Under the pieces are notes generated by a model that ran no database searches, was not told the origin of the DNA, and was given only the letters and a program-made list of their open reading frames with translations. Positions 13,021 to 26,037 of a stretch of DNA of 64,000 nucleotides are shown here, one piece after another. This DNA comes from Haliotis cracherodii. Taxonomy: Eukaryota. The DNA is taken from positions 73,966,001-74,030,000 of the forward strand of contig NW_027266275.1 in assembly GCF_022045235.1 (NCBI RefSeq), written 5' to 3'. Both the position numbers and the translations under genes were made by a program. Within the stretch, counting starts at the first letter, position 1; every line of letters begins with the position of its first letter.

Positions 13021-13861
13021 CTAAATGTAAATGCAGCTGTCCAGCTGACTAACTCATGTCACAGACCAGCTTTACTAACCTGTCACACATGAAGCTGTTC
13101 GCCATGGGTATCACAAACTAATACTGTCATCAAAGTCCATATTGTTCGTTGAAGACAAACGTTATACAGTGCGTGAATATTGATGTATAAGGTACATGTC
13201 GCTCCCTCGGTTACATAATAACAACTTCCGACCACTCATTTCAACACGGGATATCACGTCACCAGCACCTCACAATAACCTTTCACTTATCCAGGCTGCT
13301 GTTCTTAAAGAGGTTCTTTTGGCGACCACGTGTGTCGCTATCCTTGAAGGGATGGCGGTAACCAGCACGCCAATTTGACTGACTGTTTATCTTATTCTAT
13401 CATCCTCAACGTAACACTGCTCCTTCATTGTGGCTGGCACATCCTCAACTTGCATGTCCCTGTCGCGATGTGGTTATTGGTACCACGACCTAATGCATGA
13501 AGAAGCATGTATTGGGAACGTGTCGCTTCAGAACTGACACGATCAATGGTAACCTGGTAATGTATTTTAATCTCTTTCCTGCTCATGTTGTTAGATGACT
13601 TGTTACTTCCTCAACGAAATATCTTCGTCCACATGCAGTCACCGTGCTTGTCAACATGCATTATGCTGCATGCATCACATTGACAAGAATGTCCGGAAAC
13701 CGTGACCTATATATCCTGTCTCCGCCTCGCCTCAAGCAGCACAAGCGGAAACAGGCGTTACATGATTGATCAGACAGGGTCCCATGTTTACAGGGGAAAG
13801 ACGGATGGATGAGCTTGATTTTACATTGTAAGTTGGATTTCTGATCCATCCTACACTGAAC

Positions 13862-16744
13862 TTGGTCTCTGTCCCGTGTGTTACACTTGAGGTCTCTGTC
13901 CCGTCCTACAGCGATGTAACACTTGAGGTCTCAGACCCGTCCTACAGCGATGTTACACTTGAGGTCTCTGTCCTGTCCTACAGCGATGTTACACCTGAGG
14001 TCTCTGTCCCGTCCTACAGCGATGTTACACTTGAGGTCTCTGTCCTGTCCTACAGCGATGTAACACTTGAGGTCTCAGACCCGTCCTACAGCGATGTTAC
14101 ACTTGAGGTCTCTGTCCCGTCCTACAGCGATGTAACACTTGAGGTATCTGTCCTGTCCTACAGCGATGTTACACTTGAGGTCTCTGTCCCGTCCTACAGC
14201 GATGTTACACTTGAGGTCTCTGTCCTGTCCTACAGCGATGTAACACTTGAGGTCTCAGACCCGTCCTACAGCGATGTTACACTTGAGGTCTCTGTCCCGT
14301 CCTACAGCGATGTAACACTTGAGGTATCTGTCCTGTCCTACAGCGATGTAACACTTGAGGTCTCTGTCCCGTCCTACAGCGATGTAACACTTGAGGTATC
14401 TGTCCCGTCCTACAGCGATGTAACACTTGAGGTCTCAGACCCGTCCTACAGCGATGTAACACTTGAGGTCTCTGCCCTGTCCTACAGCGATGTAACACTT
14501 GAGGTCTCTGTCCTGTCCTACAGCTATGTTAAACTTGAGGTCTGTGTCCCGTCCTACAGCGATGTTACACTTGAGGTCTCTGCCCCGCCCTACAGCGATG
14601 TAACACTTGAGGTATCTGTCCTGTCCTACAGCGATGTTACACTTGAGGTCTCTGTCCCGTCCTACAGCGATGTTACACTTGAGGTCTCAGACCCGTCCTA
14701 CAGCGATGTTACACTTGAGGTCTCTGTCCCGTCCTACAGCGATGTTACACTTGAGGTGTCTGTCCCGTCCTACAGCGATATTACACTTGAGGTCTCTGTC
14801 CCGTCCTACAGCAATGTTACACTTGAGGTCTCTGTCCCCTCCTACAGCGATGTTACACTTGAGGTGTCTGTCCCGTCCTACAGCGATGTTACACTTGAGG
14901 TCTCTGTCCCGTCCTACAGCAATGTTACACTTGAGGTCTATGTCCCGTCCTACAGCGATGTTACACTTGAGGTGTCTGTCCCGTCCTACAGCGATGTAAC
15001 ACTTGAGGTCTCTGTCCCGTCCTACAGCGATGTAACACTTGAGGTATCTGTCCCGTCCTACAGCGATCTAACACTTGAGGTATCTGTCCCGTCCTACAGC
15101 GATGTTACACTTGAGGTCTCTGTCCCGTACTACAGCGATGTTACACTTGAGGTGTCTGTCCCGTCCTACAGCGATGTTACACTTTAGGTCTCTGCCCCGT
15201 CCTACAGCGATGATACACTTGAGGTGTCTGTCCCGTCCTACAGAGATGTAACACTTGAGGTCTCTGTCCCGTCCTACAGCGATAATACACTTGAGGTGTC
15301 TGTCCCGTCCTACAGCGATGTTACACTTGAGGTCTCAGACCCGTCATGCAGCGATGTTACACTTGAGGTGTCTGTCCCGTCGTACAGTGATGTTACACTT
15401 TAGGTCCCTGTCCCGTCCTACAGCGAGGTAACACTTGAGGTGTATGTCCCGCCCTACAGCGATGTTACACTTGAGGTGTCTCTCCCGCCCTACAGCGATG
15501 TAACACTTGAGGTGTCTGTCCCGTCCTACAGCGATGTTACACTTGAGGTCTCTGTCCCGTCCTACATCGATGTACCACTTGAGGTGTCTGTCCCATCGTA
15601 CAGCGATGTTACACTTTAGGTCTCTGTCCCGTCCTACAGCGATGTAACACTTGAGGTGTATGTCCCGTCCTACATCGATGTTACACTTGAGGTGTCTCTC
15701 CCGTCCTACATTGGTGTTACACTTGTGGTCTCTGTCCTGTCCTACAGCGATGTTACACTTTAGGTCTCTGTCCCGTCCTACATTGGTGTTACACTTGAGG
15801 TCTCAGACCCGTCCTACAGCGATGTTACACTTGAGGTCTCTGTCCCGCCCTACATCGATGTTACACTTGAGGTCTCTGTCCCGTCGTACAATGGTGTTAC
15901 ACTTGAGGTCTTTGTCCCGTCCTACATCGATGTTACACTTGAGGTATCTGTCCTGTCCTACATCGGTGATACACTTGAGGTCTCTCCTATCCTACAGCAA
16001 TGTTACACTTGAGGTATCTGTCCCGTCCTACATCGGTGTAACACTTGAGGTCTCTGTCCTGTCCTACAGCAATGTTACACTTGAAGTCTCTGCCCCGTCC
16101 TACAGCGATGTTACACTTGAGGTCTCTGTCCCCTCCTACAGCGATGTTACACTTGAGGTCTCTGTCCCGTCCTACAGCGATGTTACACTTGAGGTCTCTC
16201 TCCCGTCCTACAGCGATGTTACACTTGAGGTCTCTGTCCCGTCCTACAGCGATGTTACACTTGAGGTGTCTGTCCCATCCTACAGCGATGTTATACTTGA
16301 GGCATCTGTCCCGTCCTACAGCGATGTTACACTTGAGGTCTCTGTCCCGTCCTACAGCGATGTTACACTTGAGGTCTCTGTCCTGTCCTACAGCGATGTT
16401 ACACTTGAGGTCTCTGTCCCGTCCTACAGCGATGTTACACTTGAGGCATCTGTCCTGTCCTACAGCGATGTTACACTTGCGGCATCTGTTCTGTCCTACA
16501 GTGATGTTACACTTGAGGTCTCTGTCCCGTCCTACAGCGATGTTACACTTGAGGTCTCTGTCCCGTCCTACAGTGATGTTACACTTGAGGTCTCTGTCCC
16601 GTCCTACATTGGTGTTACACTTGAGGTATCTGTCCCGCCCTACAGCGATGTTACACTTGAGGTGTCTGTCCCGTCCTACAGCGATGTTACACTTGAGGTG
16701 TCTCTCCCGTCCTACAGCGATGTTACACTTGAGGTCTCTGTCCC
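13862..16744. repeat. 36-bp minisatellite
   Basis: Unit gaggtctctgtcccgtcctacagcgatgttacactt. Confidence 0.95.
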
Positions 16745-16995
16745 ACTATGCTTGTCGTAAGAGGGGACTAACGGGATCGGGTGGTCAGGCTCGCTAACTT
16801 GGTTGATGCATGTCATCGATCCCAATTGCTTTGAGGGGCGGTCGGGTAGCCTAGTGGTTAAAGCGTTCGCTCGTCACACCGAAGACCCGGGTTCGATTCC
16901 CGACATGGGTACAATGTGTGAAGCCCATTTCTGGTGGCATTGCTGGAATATTGCTAAAAGCGGCGTATAACCATACTCACTCACCAATTGCGTGG
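16745..16995 (+). mobile_element. Family A fragment with a nested family B tRNA-SINE (16835-16983)
   Basis: Family A sequence resumes after the insert; ccaattgc duplicated at 16822-16829 and 16984-16991. Confidence 0.85.
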
Positions 16996-17208
16996 TAAAG
17001 TATTTCAGTTATACGCGTATCACGACGTGAAAACTCAGAAACATAATCAGGGTGTACTGGTATTCAATCCACTATCATAGGATCCTGGGACGCCTGAGGG
17101 ACGCAACTCTGAACAGATAATTACGATACGGAAGACGACAGTTCCAGCTGCGTACATCCACGTCAATCATAATGACTTGCAGCTGATGTCAGTGCAACCA
17201 ACTGGAAC

Positions 17209-17423
17209 TGTTTGTTTGTTGTTTAACGCCCCACTTAGCAATATTCCAGCTATATGACGGCGGCCTGTAAATAATCTGGACCAGAAAATCAAGTGATTGA
17301 CATCATGAGCATCGATCCAAGCAATTGGGATAAGATGACATGCATAAACCAGGTCAGGGAGCCCGACCACAAGATCCCGTTAGTCGCCACGAGAAGCATA
17401 GTCGCCTTTAACGGCAAGCATGG
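17209..17423 (-). mobile_element. Family A SINE-like copy
   Basis: Reverse-complement match to family A including the (aaac)n tail. Confidence 0.85.
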
Positions 17424-18376
17424 GAACTGTTAGTGGAAATGCGGGAACATATTTTCCCACACACAACCCCCACACACAATCACTTGGAATGATTCTAAAA
17501 TCCCAACAAAAGCGTGATGTATGTATACGTCATATCGTGTTTATTATAGCAAAAACATCGTAAGTACAACTACAAGTGACATTATGATGTACCTTTGAAC
17601 ACCATAACAACACCACACAACATGATTTCGTTTAGTGCTTTCTATACCTTCCAATCAAGTGTTTTAGTCATAGAATTTTTCATTAACATTTACAGTCCGT
17701 TTGATTCCATCTGAGACCGATGAATTGCTCACTAACTCAAAATCTAATAATTGCAACAAAACCAAAATGTGCACAGCGACATGAATTGGACAGACCAACT
17801 CTGATGGTTTGTTTCATAATTTTGGACACCCGACCAGTCGCACATGGAACTGCCAGGTAATGAACAAGCATGTGCACCGTATATGGGGGTTCATCTCAAA
17901 AGCCGTTTTGGGTGTTCAATCGGAGTCACTGTTGCAGGTTTCTGAAGCCCATGACAGTGCATTCGGAATCGGTGTCGCTGTTGTCCGAATCGCTATCGCC
18001 GCTGTCCGAGTCCGAGGGTAAACTATTGACGTTGTTTGTCTTGACAACGAATCCAGCTTGATACTACTTGGCGGGTATTCAGGAAACCTGGCTACAGGGA
18101 TGCTTAATTTCACGTTTGTGTCGTTAACACATATCCGTACAGGATGTTCTGAATTTGTTATGAAACACTTTCAGATTCGCTTCACAAATCATAAACACTC
18201 GCGGGTAATAAAAAACTTAATCTGTCAGTATATATGAAGGAAAATATGGACAGGAAATTCAAGGACTCTATTTCTGCTTACAAAATATAAAATGGAGGCT
18301 ACATCTTTTATCAACGTGGTTATTTACATGCTTGAAATAACCAACTCAAACATACAGATACAGACACACAGTGGGA

Positions 18377-18557
18377 AGGCGACCATGCTTGTCGTAAGAG
18401 GCGACGAACGGGAACGGGTGGTCAGGTTCGCTGACTTGGTTGATGCATGTCATCGTATCCCAATTGCGTGGATCGATGCTCATGATATCAATCACTGGAC
18501 CGCCCTTATATAGCTGGAATATTGCAGAGTGCCGCGTTAAACAACAAAGAAACAAAC
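18377..18557 (+). mobile_element. Family A SINE-like copy, 5'-truncated
   Basis: gcttgtcgtaagaggcgac...gctggaatattgc...cgttaaacaacaaa. Confidence 0.8.
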
Positions 18558-18733
18558 AGTGGGAAACATTATTCATGTGGCCAGCTTGGTAGTCCTGTTC
18601 GGATCCTAGGTCGAGATTAGATATTTTTCAGCTTCAGCTGTAAAACCAGATATCTGTATTTAAAACTGTGAGCCTGAATTTCTTTTTAAAGAAAAACACG
18701 GGTCCCTTACAAATGAAAACAGGTGTTTAATGA

Positions 18734-18882
18734 AGTGAGTTGGGTTTAACGTCGCTTTAAACATCATTCCAGTTATACGACGGCGTGTCAGCTTAATGTG
18801 GGAGGAAAGTGATGCATGTCTCAGACGTTTACCACTTTGGTGAAACCCACACGGGTATGGTGTTGACAAACCTAGAAACATG
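18734..18882 (-). mobile_element. Family D SINE 3' fragment
   Basis: Matches 44305-44480 (cagcttaatgtgggaggaa, gtttaccactttggtgaaaccca). Confidence 0.75.
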
Positions 18883-19309
18883 TTTTAATGAAACTTCAGC
18901 TGACTACTTAACCGTATTGTCTGAGATGATATGGGGACATTGCATTGTCAGCATATTGAATGACTGATATTGATGCAATGGCGGACATGTCTAAAATCAA
19001 CATTACATTGTAAGCAGTCCTTAATGGCACTGTCACCGTCGCAGTGTAGGACGGACGCACAATACACCATGACATTTGCACACACGCTTTCCTGTGAGGC
19101 AAACAAGATGTAGCCGATTTAGTCCACAGTGGGAAATAAGTCACAAAGACAAAAACGTCTGAGTGTGCAGTGATGTTAATGTCTGTCCAACGCCCGATCA
19201 TGTCATGTTTTTTCCGTTGACGTTGCACTCAATAATAGTTTAGCCATATGACGACTGCCTCAAAATAATTCATCTCATGAACAATCCTGAACATGAGAAA
19301 GGAACCATT

Positions 19310-20470
19310 TACAGAAACCAAGGCATCTACCAACCAAACAAACAAGCCAGTCATTAACAGGGACCAAGGCATCTACCAACCAAACAAACAAGCCAGTCAT
19401 TAACAGGGACCAAGGCATCTACCAACCAAACAAACAAGCCAGTCATTAACAGGGACCAAGGCATCTACCAACCAAACAAACAAGCCAATCATTAACAGGG
19501 ACCAAGGCATCTGCCGACCAAAAGAAACAAGCCAGCCATTAACAGGGACCAAGGCATCTACCAACCAAAGAAACAAGCCAGTCATTAACAGGGACCAAGG
19601 CATCTGCCGACCAAAAGAAACAAACCAGCCATTAACAGAGACCAAGGCATCTACCAACCAAACAAACAAGCCAGCCATTAACAGCGTCCAAGGCATCTAC
19701 CAACCAAACAAACAAGCCAGTCATTAACAGGGACCAAGGCATCTACCAACCAAACAAACAAGCCAGTCATTAACAGGGACCAAGGCATCTACCAACCAAA
19801 CAAACAAGCCAGCCATTAACAGGGACCAAGGCATCTGCCGACCAAAAGAAACAAGCCAGCCATTAACAGAGACCAAGGCATCTACCAACCAAACAAACAA
19901 GCCAGCCATTAACAGGGACCAAGGCATCTACCAACCAAATAAACAAGCCAGTCACTAACAGGGACCAAGGCATCTACCAACCAAACAAACAAGCCAGTCA
20001 TTAACAGGGACCAAGGCATCTACCAACCAAACAAACAAGCCAGCCATTAACAGGGACCAAGGCATCTGCCGACCAAAAGAAACAAGCCAGCCATTAACAG
20101 AGACCAAGGCATCTACCAACCAAACAAACAAGCCAGCCATTAATAGGGACCAAGGCATCTACCAACCAAATAAACAAGCCAGTCACTAACAGGGACCAAG
20201 GCATCTACCAACCAAACAAACAAGCCAGTCATTAACAGGGACCAATACATCTACCAACCAAACAAACAAGCCAGCCATTAACAGGGACCAAGGCATCTGC
20301 CGACCAAAAGAAACAAGCCAGCCATTAACAGAGACCAAGGCATCTACCAACCAAACAAACAAGCCAGTCATTAACAGGGACCAAGGCATCTACCAACCAA
20401 ATAAACAAGCCAGTCACTAACAGGGACCAAGGCATCTATCAACCAAACAAACAAGCCAGCCATTAACAGG
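19310..20470. repeat. 46/47-bp minisatellite with a 231-bp higher-order repeat
   Basis: Unit ggaccaaggcatctaccaaccaaacaaacaagccagtcattaacag; near-identical ORFs recur at 19724, 19955 and 20186. Confidence 0.95.
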
Positions 20471-20495
20471 GGCCCAGAATATCAACCAAACACGA

Positions 20496-21080
20496 TTGAC
20501 TGAAACAATCTGGTTTAATTCATGTTTCTACTGTGGAGGTTGTGAGGGATGGAGGAGTTCACACAACAACGATGGCAAGAAGAGATATCTTACCTTTGCG
20601 TCAGCTGAAAAATCTAATAATTGGCAAGGAGGCAGCAGTGGTTATGACCAGGATTATTCGGATGTCAGAGTATATGAAAATGAATCTAGAAGTGATCCCG
20701 TGGCATGGTTTCTGTTCTCCCTGTTCAAACTCCATCCCGATTTTGATTTATTGTGGGGACAGGCATTTAGTACAACACTGGGTAAGAACCCTCTTGGTAC
20801 TATCATGCAGAGAATATCCAGAAAAGCAGATCTGTCGAAAGTGTACACTTGCCACTCTGTCCGAGCTTCAACCATCACATACCTGAACCACGCCAGAGTC
20901 GACACCAAGCATATCTGCAATATCACAAAACACAAGTTCGAAGAATCCTTAAAACATTACATTTCAGGATCCAGCAGTGCACAGAAACGAGCCTTGAATG
21001 AGGTTCTGCATGATGTCATTGCACAGAAGAAACCAACTTCAGCTGATGAATGTCATTCCGGTCACCATGTTGCTTCTTGA
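20496..21080 (+). mobile_element. Degenerate Crypton-type tyrosine recombinase fragment (DUF3504-like)
   Basis: IWFNSCFY..EGWR, NWQGG, LGKNPLGTIM..IS, YTCHSVR (HxxR), ITKHK..SLKHY (catalytic H and Y positions). Confidence 0.75.
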
Positions 21081-21677
21081 GTCCAATGAGCTGTTGAACT
21101 TGAGAAACATGTCGCATCACATACAGAATGTTCGATTTTGGTTTCACTCATGTTTTTGAGGTTCCTCAAGTCCTGCAATCCGCACCTTTACCTGTCCTGG
21201 TTTGAGTTTCCTTACAAGTGCCTAGATTAATAACTGTACTCTCAACTACATGTAATCACAAAATCAGCCCCTGAAAACTTACATTCAGAGACAAAATGGC
21301 CGCTTTGCCTAGAGTTACCCAGCCAAGACATTTTTCTGTTGTGAGGTATTTGATACAGCCACTAAACGTAGGCTGCTGTTTGTTGTTCTTTTCTTATTGG
21401 GATTACCTACAAATTCTTTCCATTTTAGCTAAAGTAACGGTAACAATATTTTCCAGGTCATTATCATTTGCAGGAGCCCTAGTTCTGTTCAACTGCTCTC
21501 TTGTCGGCGGTTAATGACCTCAGGCTTTTACAAATGATAATACCCTAAAATATAATCTTACCCTTATAATAAGGCATCTACCTACCCAGCACATGTGCCG
21601 CAGACAATCATTACCCAAAGTGGTCGTTATGCTGCAACATGATCATATTGTTACCCCAGTCAGCTTCTCATTAAAAT

Positions 21678-21812
21678 ATGGTACTTGTTGTTACCCTGTC
21701 TGGCGCTCGGCATTAAGGGGCTAAAAGAAGGACTGGTCGGCTCGGAGTCAGTATACTGTGTCTGAGTGGGGTATTCATGTTAAGCTGTGGAATGGTATCT
21801 GAGTGAGCTAGC
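21678..21812 (+). mobile_element. MetaSINE-like (family C) internal fragment
   Basis: aggactggtcggctcggagtcagtatactgtgtctgagtggg...agtgagctagca; same core as the 27445 and 37529 copies. Confidence 0.75.
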
Positions 21813-21910
21813 AGACAGACAGACACACACACACAGACACACGCGCGCACCCGCACTCGTGAAGAGCAACCTCCACGTGGTAAGTGCTGGGTAATGCTAA
21901 TAGCTCTTCC

Positions 21911-24429
21911 CCCGTGTGGACCCGGGGTGGAATATGTCCACAGCACCCCATTGCTGGTCGTAAAAGGCGACCAAATTGGGCAATCCGTTTGCCGTGGGTT
22001 GCGCCCCTGTGTCAGTCGAGGAAGGGGTTCTGGTGGTTGAGGGCACTGGAGCTAGGAACCGGTGTTCCATTTGCCCAACACACTACTTTGACCCTTATTT
22101 CACCTAGACGGGTGGAAGAATGGGCCCGATTCTATCAATCGGCTGGTCACGCATCGTTCTTGTTGACACTCGATGGCGGGTGGGGAGCAGAGGTATCGAA
22201 TTAAATAATCACACCATGTCTCACTACAAATCTCCTGGTTCTTTCAAAGCAAACAAACGTCGTCATGTCGATTCTGTTTCCTCTGACGATGAGGTATAGC
22301 CTATTGTTGCAGATTCTTGGCCACGATTCATTGTTATCGCATCGGTCGATGAAACTCCTTTAAAACTTAATCCGTTTGCCATATCAAAGGGCATCCAAAG
22401 TACTTGTGGTGAAGTGAAGAACGTTACTCATCTTCGTTCTGGTTCCATACTTGTGGAATGTGCACGGAGATAGCAATCTATCAACTTGCTGGGTCTCCAG
22501 CAGTTTGTGAACACGCAGGTTGCTGTCTCAGTGCACAGGACACTGAATTCTAGTCGAGGTATCGTGAGAGATCGAGCACGATGTCTTTCCGAAATGTCCG
22601 AAGAAGAGATTGCAGCTGAACTTAAACATTAGGATGTCACCGCTGTTCAGCGATTCACGCGAAAAACAGGAGATGGAAATATTATTAAAACCCAAACATA
22701 TCTTTTCACATTTTCAACGTCTACTGTTCCATCATCAATTAAAGCTGGATACTATAACATCGGCGTGGAGGTTTATGTACCAAATCCACATCGATGTTTC
22801 AAGTGTCAACACTTCGGTCATGGGGCCAAATCTTGCACGGCCAAGACGAGGCGCTCCCGTTGCAGTGGTCCCCATGAGGGCACAGAATGCACAAATGAGA
22901 TCAAATGTGCTGACTGCAGCGGTGAGCACTTGTCTTCGTCAAAATCATGCCCGAGTCCAGGTAAACAAATCACCATGACATCCACTCACTGTCAGACTGA
23001 TATGTCGTGGATCAACAATGACCAAGCACCTAAATTATCTCTATACAAGCCATCAACAATGCCGTCTTCATCTCAAACAGAAAACCTGCAACCTTCACAT
23101 GGTCAACTAACTGAACCAGAATTTATACAGGAAACCGAATCAGTTCAGGGCGAAGCCCATCTATCCAAAAAACAAACAAAATAGAATACCAGACAATAGC
23201 TCGATTTTCACTGCTGAGGCCAATGCTATTCTTACAGCATTGATATACATTCAACAACAGTCTGCATGTAAACAATTTATCATCTTTTCTGATTCTCTTT
23301 CTAGCCTTCAGGCACTAAATAATGTATCTTTGACTCATCCACTGATTTCAGATATTTTAGAACTTTACAATGATCTTTCAAATGGCCAAAACGACATCGT
23401 CTTTTGTTGGTTACCCAGTCATATGGGCATAAAAGGTAACACAATGGCTGATGCTGCTGCAAAGGCAGCACTCAACAAATCTGTGACACCACTTCTTGTC
23501 CCATACAGTGATTACAAACCTGTGATTCGATGTTACATCCGAGATCTGATTCAAAAGAAGTGGGACACCCAAGCAGGTATGAATAAGTTACATGAAATTA
23601 AACCAAATATTGGTTACACCTACTTGGGTTGTCAGTCCAGATTTGAAGAGGTCATTCTACGACGATGTCGTATTGGCCATTGTAGATATACGCATGAATA
23701 TGTGTTAAAGGGTGAAGATCCTCCGTTTTGTATCCCTTGTGATGAGAGAATCACAGTCAAGCATGTCCTTTTTTTACTGTATTGATTTTTACATTACAAG
23801 GGATAAATATTTCAGTGTGAAAACCATTAAGGACCTTTTTAGCCATGTCAATTCACGTTTAATCATTAACTTTTTAAAAGATATAGAACTCATTCACACA
23901 TTTTGATGTAAAAAGATATGTATTTTATAATTCGGTAGTGTATAATTAGTAACTGAGGCTGTTCGTGGCTGTACCCTCGACAGGGGTTGAACTAGTGTAA
24001 AATTATTGTCACCCTGAGAGGGTATGTAAGACCACCTCTTTCAAAGTATATTTATATCTACCTCCATTTTAACTGCAGAATATTTGTTAACTTTAAAGCT
24101 CTAGCTAAACTCGCAATAATCGCCAGTAACTTGGGTAAGTGTAAAATCCTGCTGGGGAACCATGCAGGTAGCAGAGGAACCGTAAGTCCCCTTGGTCCCC
24201 AGTAAGGTGATTTTAACTTTGTTGCTGGCGATCTATAGCCCCATTTTCATATTGTGTCGTACCTCAATAATCAGATATTTTAAATGTTCTACAACTAGTC
24301 TTAAGTCAATCTGTGATATATTGCTAGTTATTATACTGTCCTTTGTCAACAGTTTTTATAAATATTGTATAACTTGCTCAAGTCACATTATGGCTGAAAT
24401 ATTGCCGACTTTAAATTGAACTCACTCAC
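21911..24429 (+). mobile_element. Internally deleted I-group (Nimb-like) LINE: 5'UTR, disrupted ORF1, RNase H and C-terminus of ORF2, 3'UTR
   Basis: ORF1 zinc knuckles CFKCQHFGH and CADCSGEH; RNase H motifs SIFTAE, FSDSLS and WLPSHMGIKGN; C-terminal CIPC..TVKH; ends aactcactcac. Confidence 0.88.
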
Positions 24430-25113
24430 ATGTATGCACAGCGTTATCACTTCCAGCTCCATCACTGTTGTCAGTGCCTTCTCTCTGTTAACGCCAGCAT
24501 CTGTATCATTTATTATATCAAATCACATAAAACCAGTATTCCCTCGATGAATGAGTAAGTCTTTCCCAAAGTGGAATGAAAAACACAAGGATCTATTCCA
24601 AACATTTATTTATATAAATAACACTTCTGACAACGCATCATGCACAAAATCTTGGAATGTGCAGATTAACAAAGGGTACAGTTGGACGGATGTCACTGTG
24701 AAAAGACATGACTTAAGCACATATTCAAAACTTCCATTTTATTTGTACAAAGCATTAACAATTTATGTACACTTATGTACACATTTAGAAATGGCATTAT
24801 GCATTAAAATAAATATACAATAGAAACCTTACATCGTTCCTGGTAGGAAATCAGGATACTTCTCTGTCACAAATGAATCAGCATTATGGTCGGCAAAACA
24901 GCCCTATCATGATTAACTTGCAACATCATGACAATGGGCCAAGTCTCTTGCTTCACATCAGACTGCAAATAAGCTGATCACGTCAAATGATAATTTGGCT
25001 CTGTGTTTAATCAAAAACACTATGATAGACATACATCTTTATAATATAATATACTCCTCAAAACAAGTTAAAGAACACCTAGAAAAGCTGTGTGTACCCA
25101 CCAGCCTTGATAG

Positions 25114-25278
25114 TGAGTGAGTGAGTATGGTTTTATGCTGCTTTTAGCAATATTCCAGCAATATCACGGCGGGGGACACCAGAAATGGACTTCACACATT
25201 GTACCCATGTCGGGAATCGAACCCGGGTCTTCGGCGTGACGAGCCAACGCTTTAACCACTAGGCTACCCGACCGCCCC
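25114..25278 (-). mobile_element. tRNA-derived SINE, family B, full length
   Basis: 13-bp TSD ccagccttgatag at 25101-25113 and 25279-25291; A and B boxes; (actc)n tail. Confidence 0.92.
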
Positions 25279-26037
25279 CCAGCCTTGATAGATTAACTAT
25301 AGTAATATGAATGAGAGTTCTTTAACTTCTTTTGAGTAGTATGTATTCATGATGCTGTGTAAGTGGTGCCAAGGTTTAAAGATGTGAAATTTTGTGATGT
25401 GAGCCAGGAAATAGAAAATCAGCTTCATAAGGAAACGTATTTGATTACTTAGGGCTAAGATTAGTTTCAATATTTAAACTCTAACAGTTGTAACAAATGA
25501 GACACAAAAGAACCATGGCATGTTGGATTTGTTTTTCAGGGTTAGACCAATATAACCCTTAAGGGCGCAAACCAGACCAATGCAATAGTAAACAATTATT
25601 TTAGACGATTTCCCTAAGCTTTCAATGAAACTATTCAGCCAGTTTGTCCTTTATTGAAGAGATTAAAACAATACAACAAAATAAGTGACTGATAGGTGTA
25701 GAACGTAACACTAGCCCACTAACCTGGGCCTAGCACAAATTCTCCCACTTCACCAATGTTTTAACATTACAAGGGCATTTTATCTTTAACTGGGCTAGTA
25801 AAGCTTTTGACTTTAGTTCTAAAGCTGACTGAGACTTTATATTTACCACAAGCGATGTAAGCTCTAACCTGATTGTAAATTAGTGATCCTGTGCCTCTTT
25901 TCTCAAAACAAACCTAGAAACTACTGTTAGTCCACACTTAAACATAGACTTATGACAGAAGTATTGTCACCTAGTGGACCAGTGTAAGAACACCGATGGA
26001 GATCTTGATGAACATGTATGTCAATGGTCATGATGAC

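Noticed and set aside
13862-16797. EVSVPSYSDVTL-repeat ORFs resembling a mucin or shell protein
   Set aside because: 36-bp minisatellite with stops and frameshifts; no signal peptide or splice context.
17760-18180. Acidic Ser/Asp-rich and Cys-containing segment, possibly a transposon remnant
   Set aside because: Interrupted by stops and no motif could be identified with confidence.
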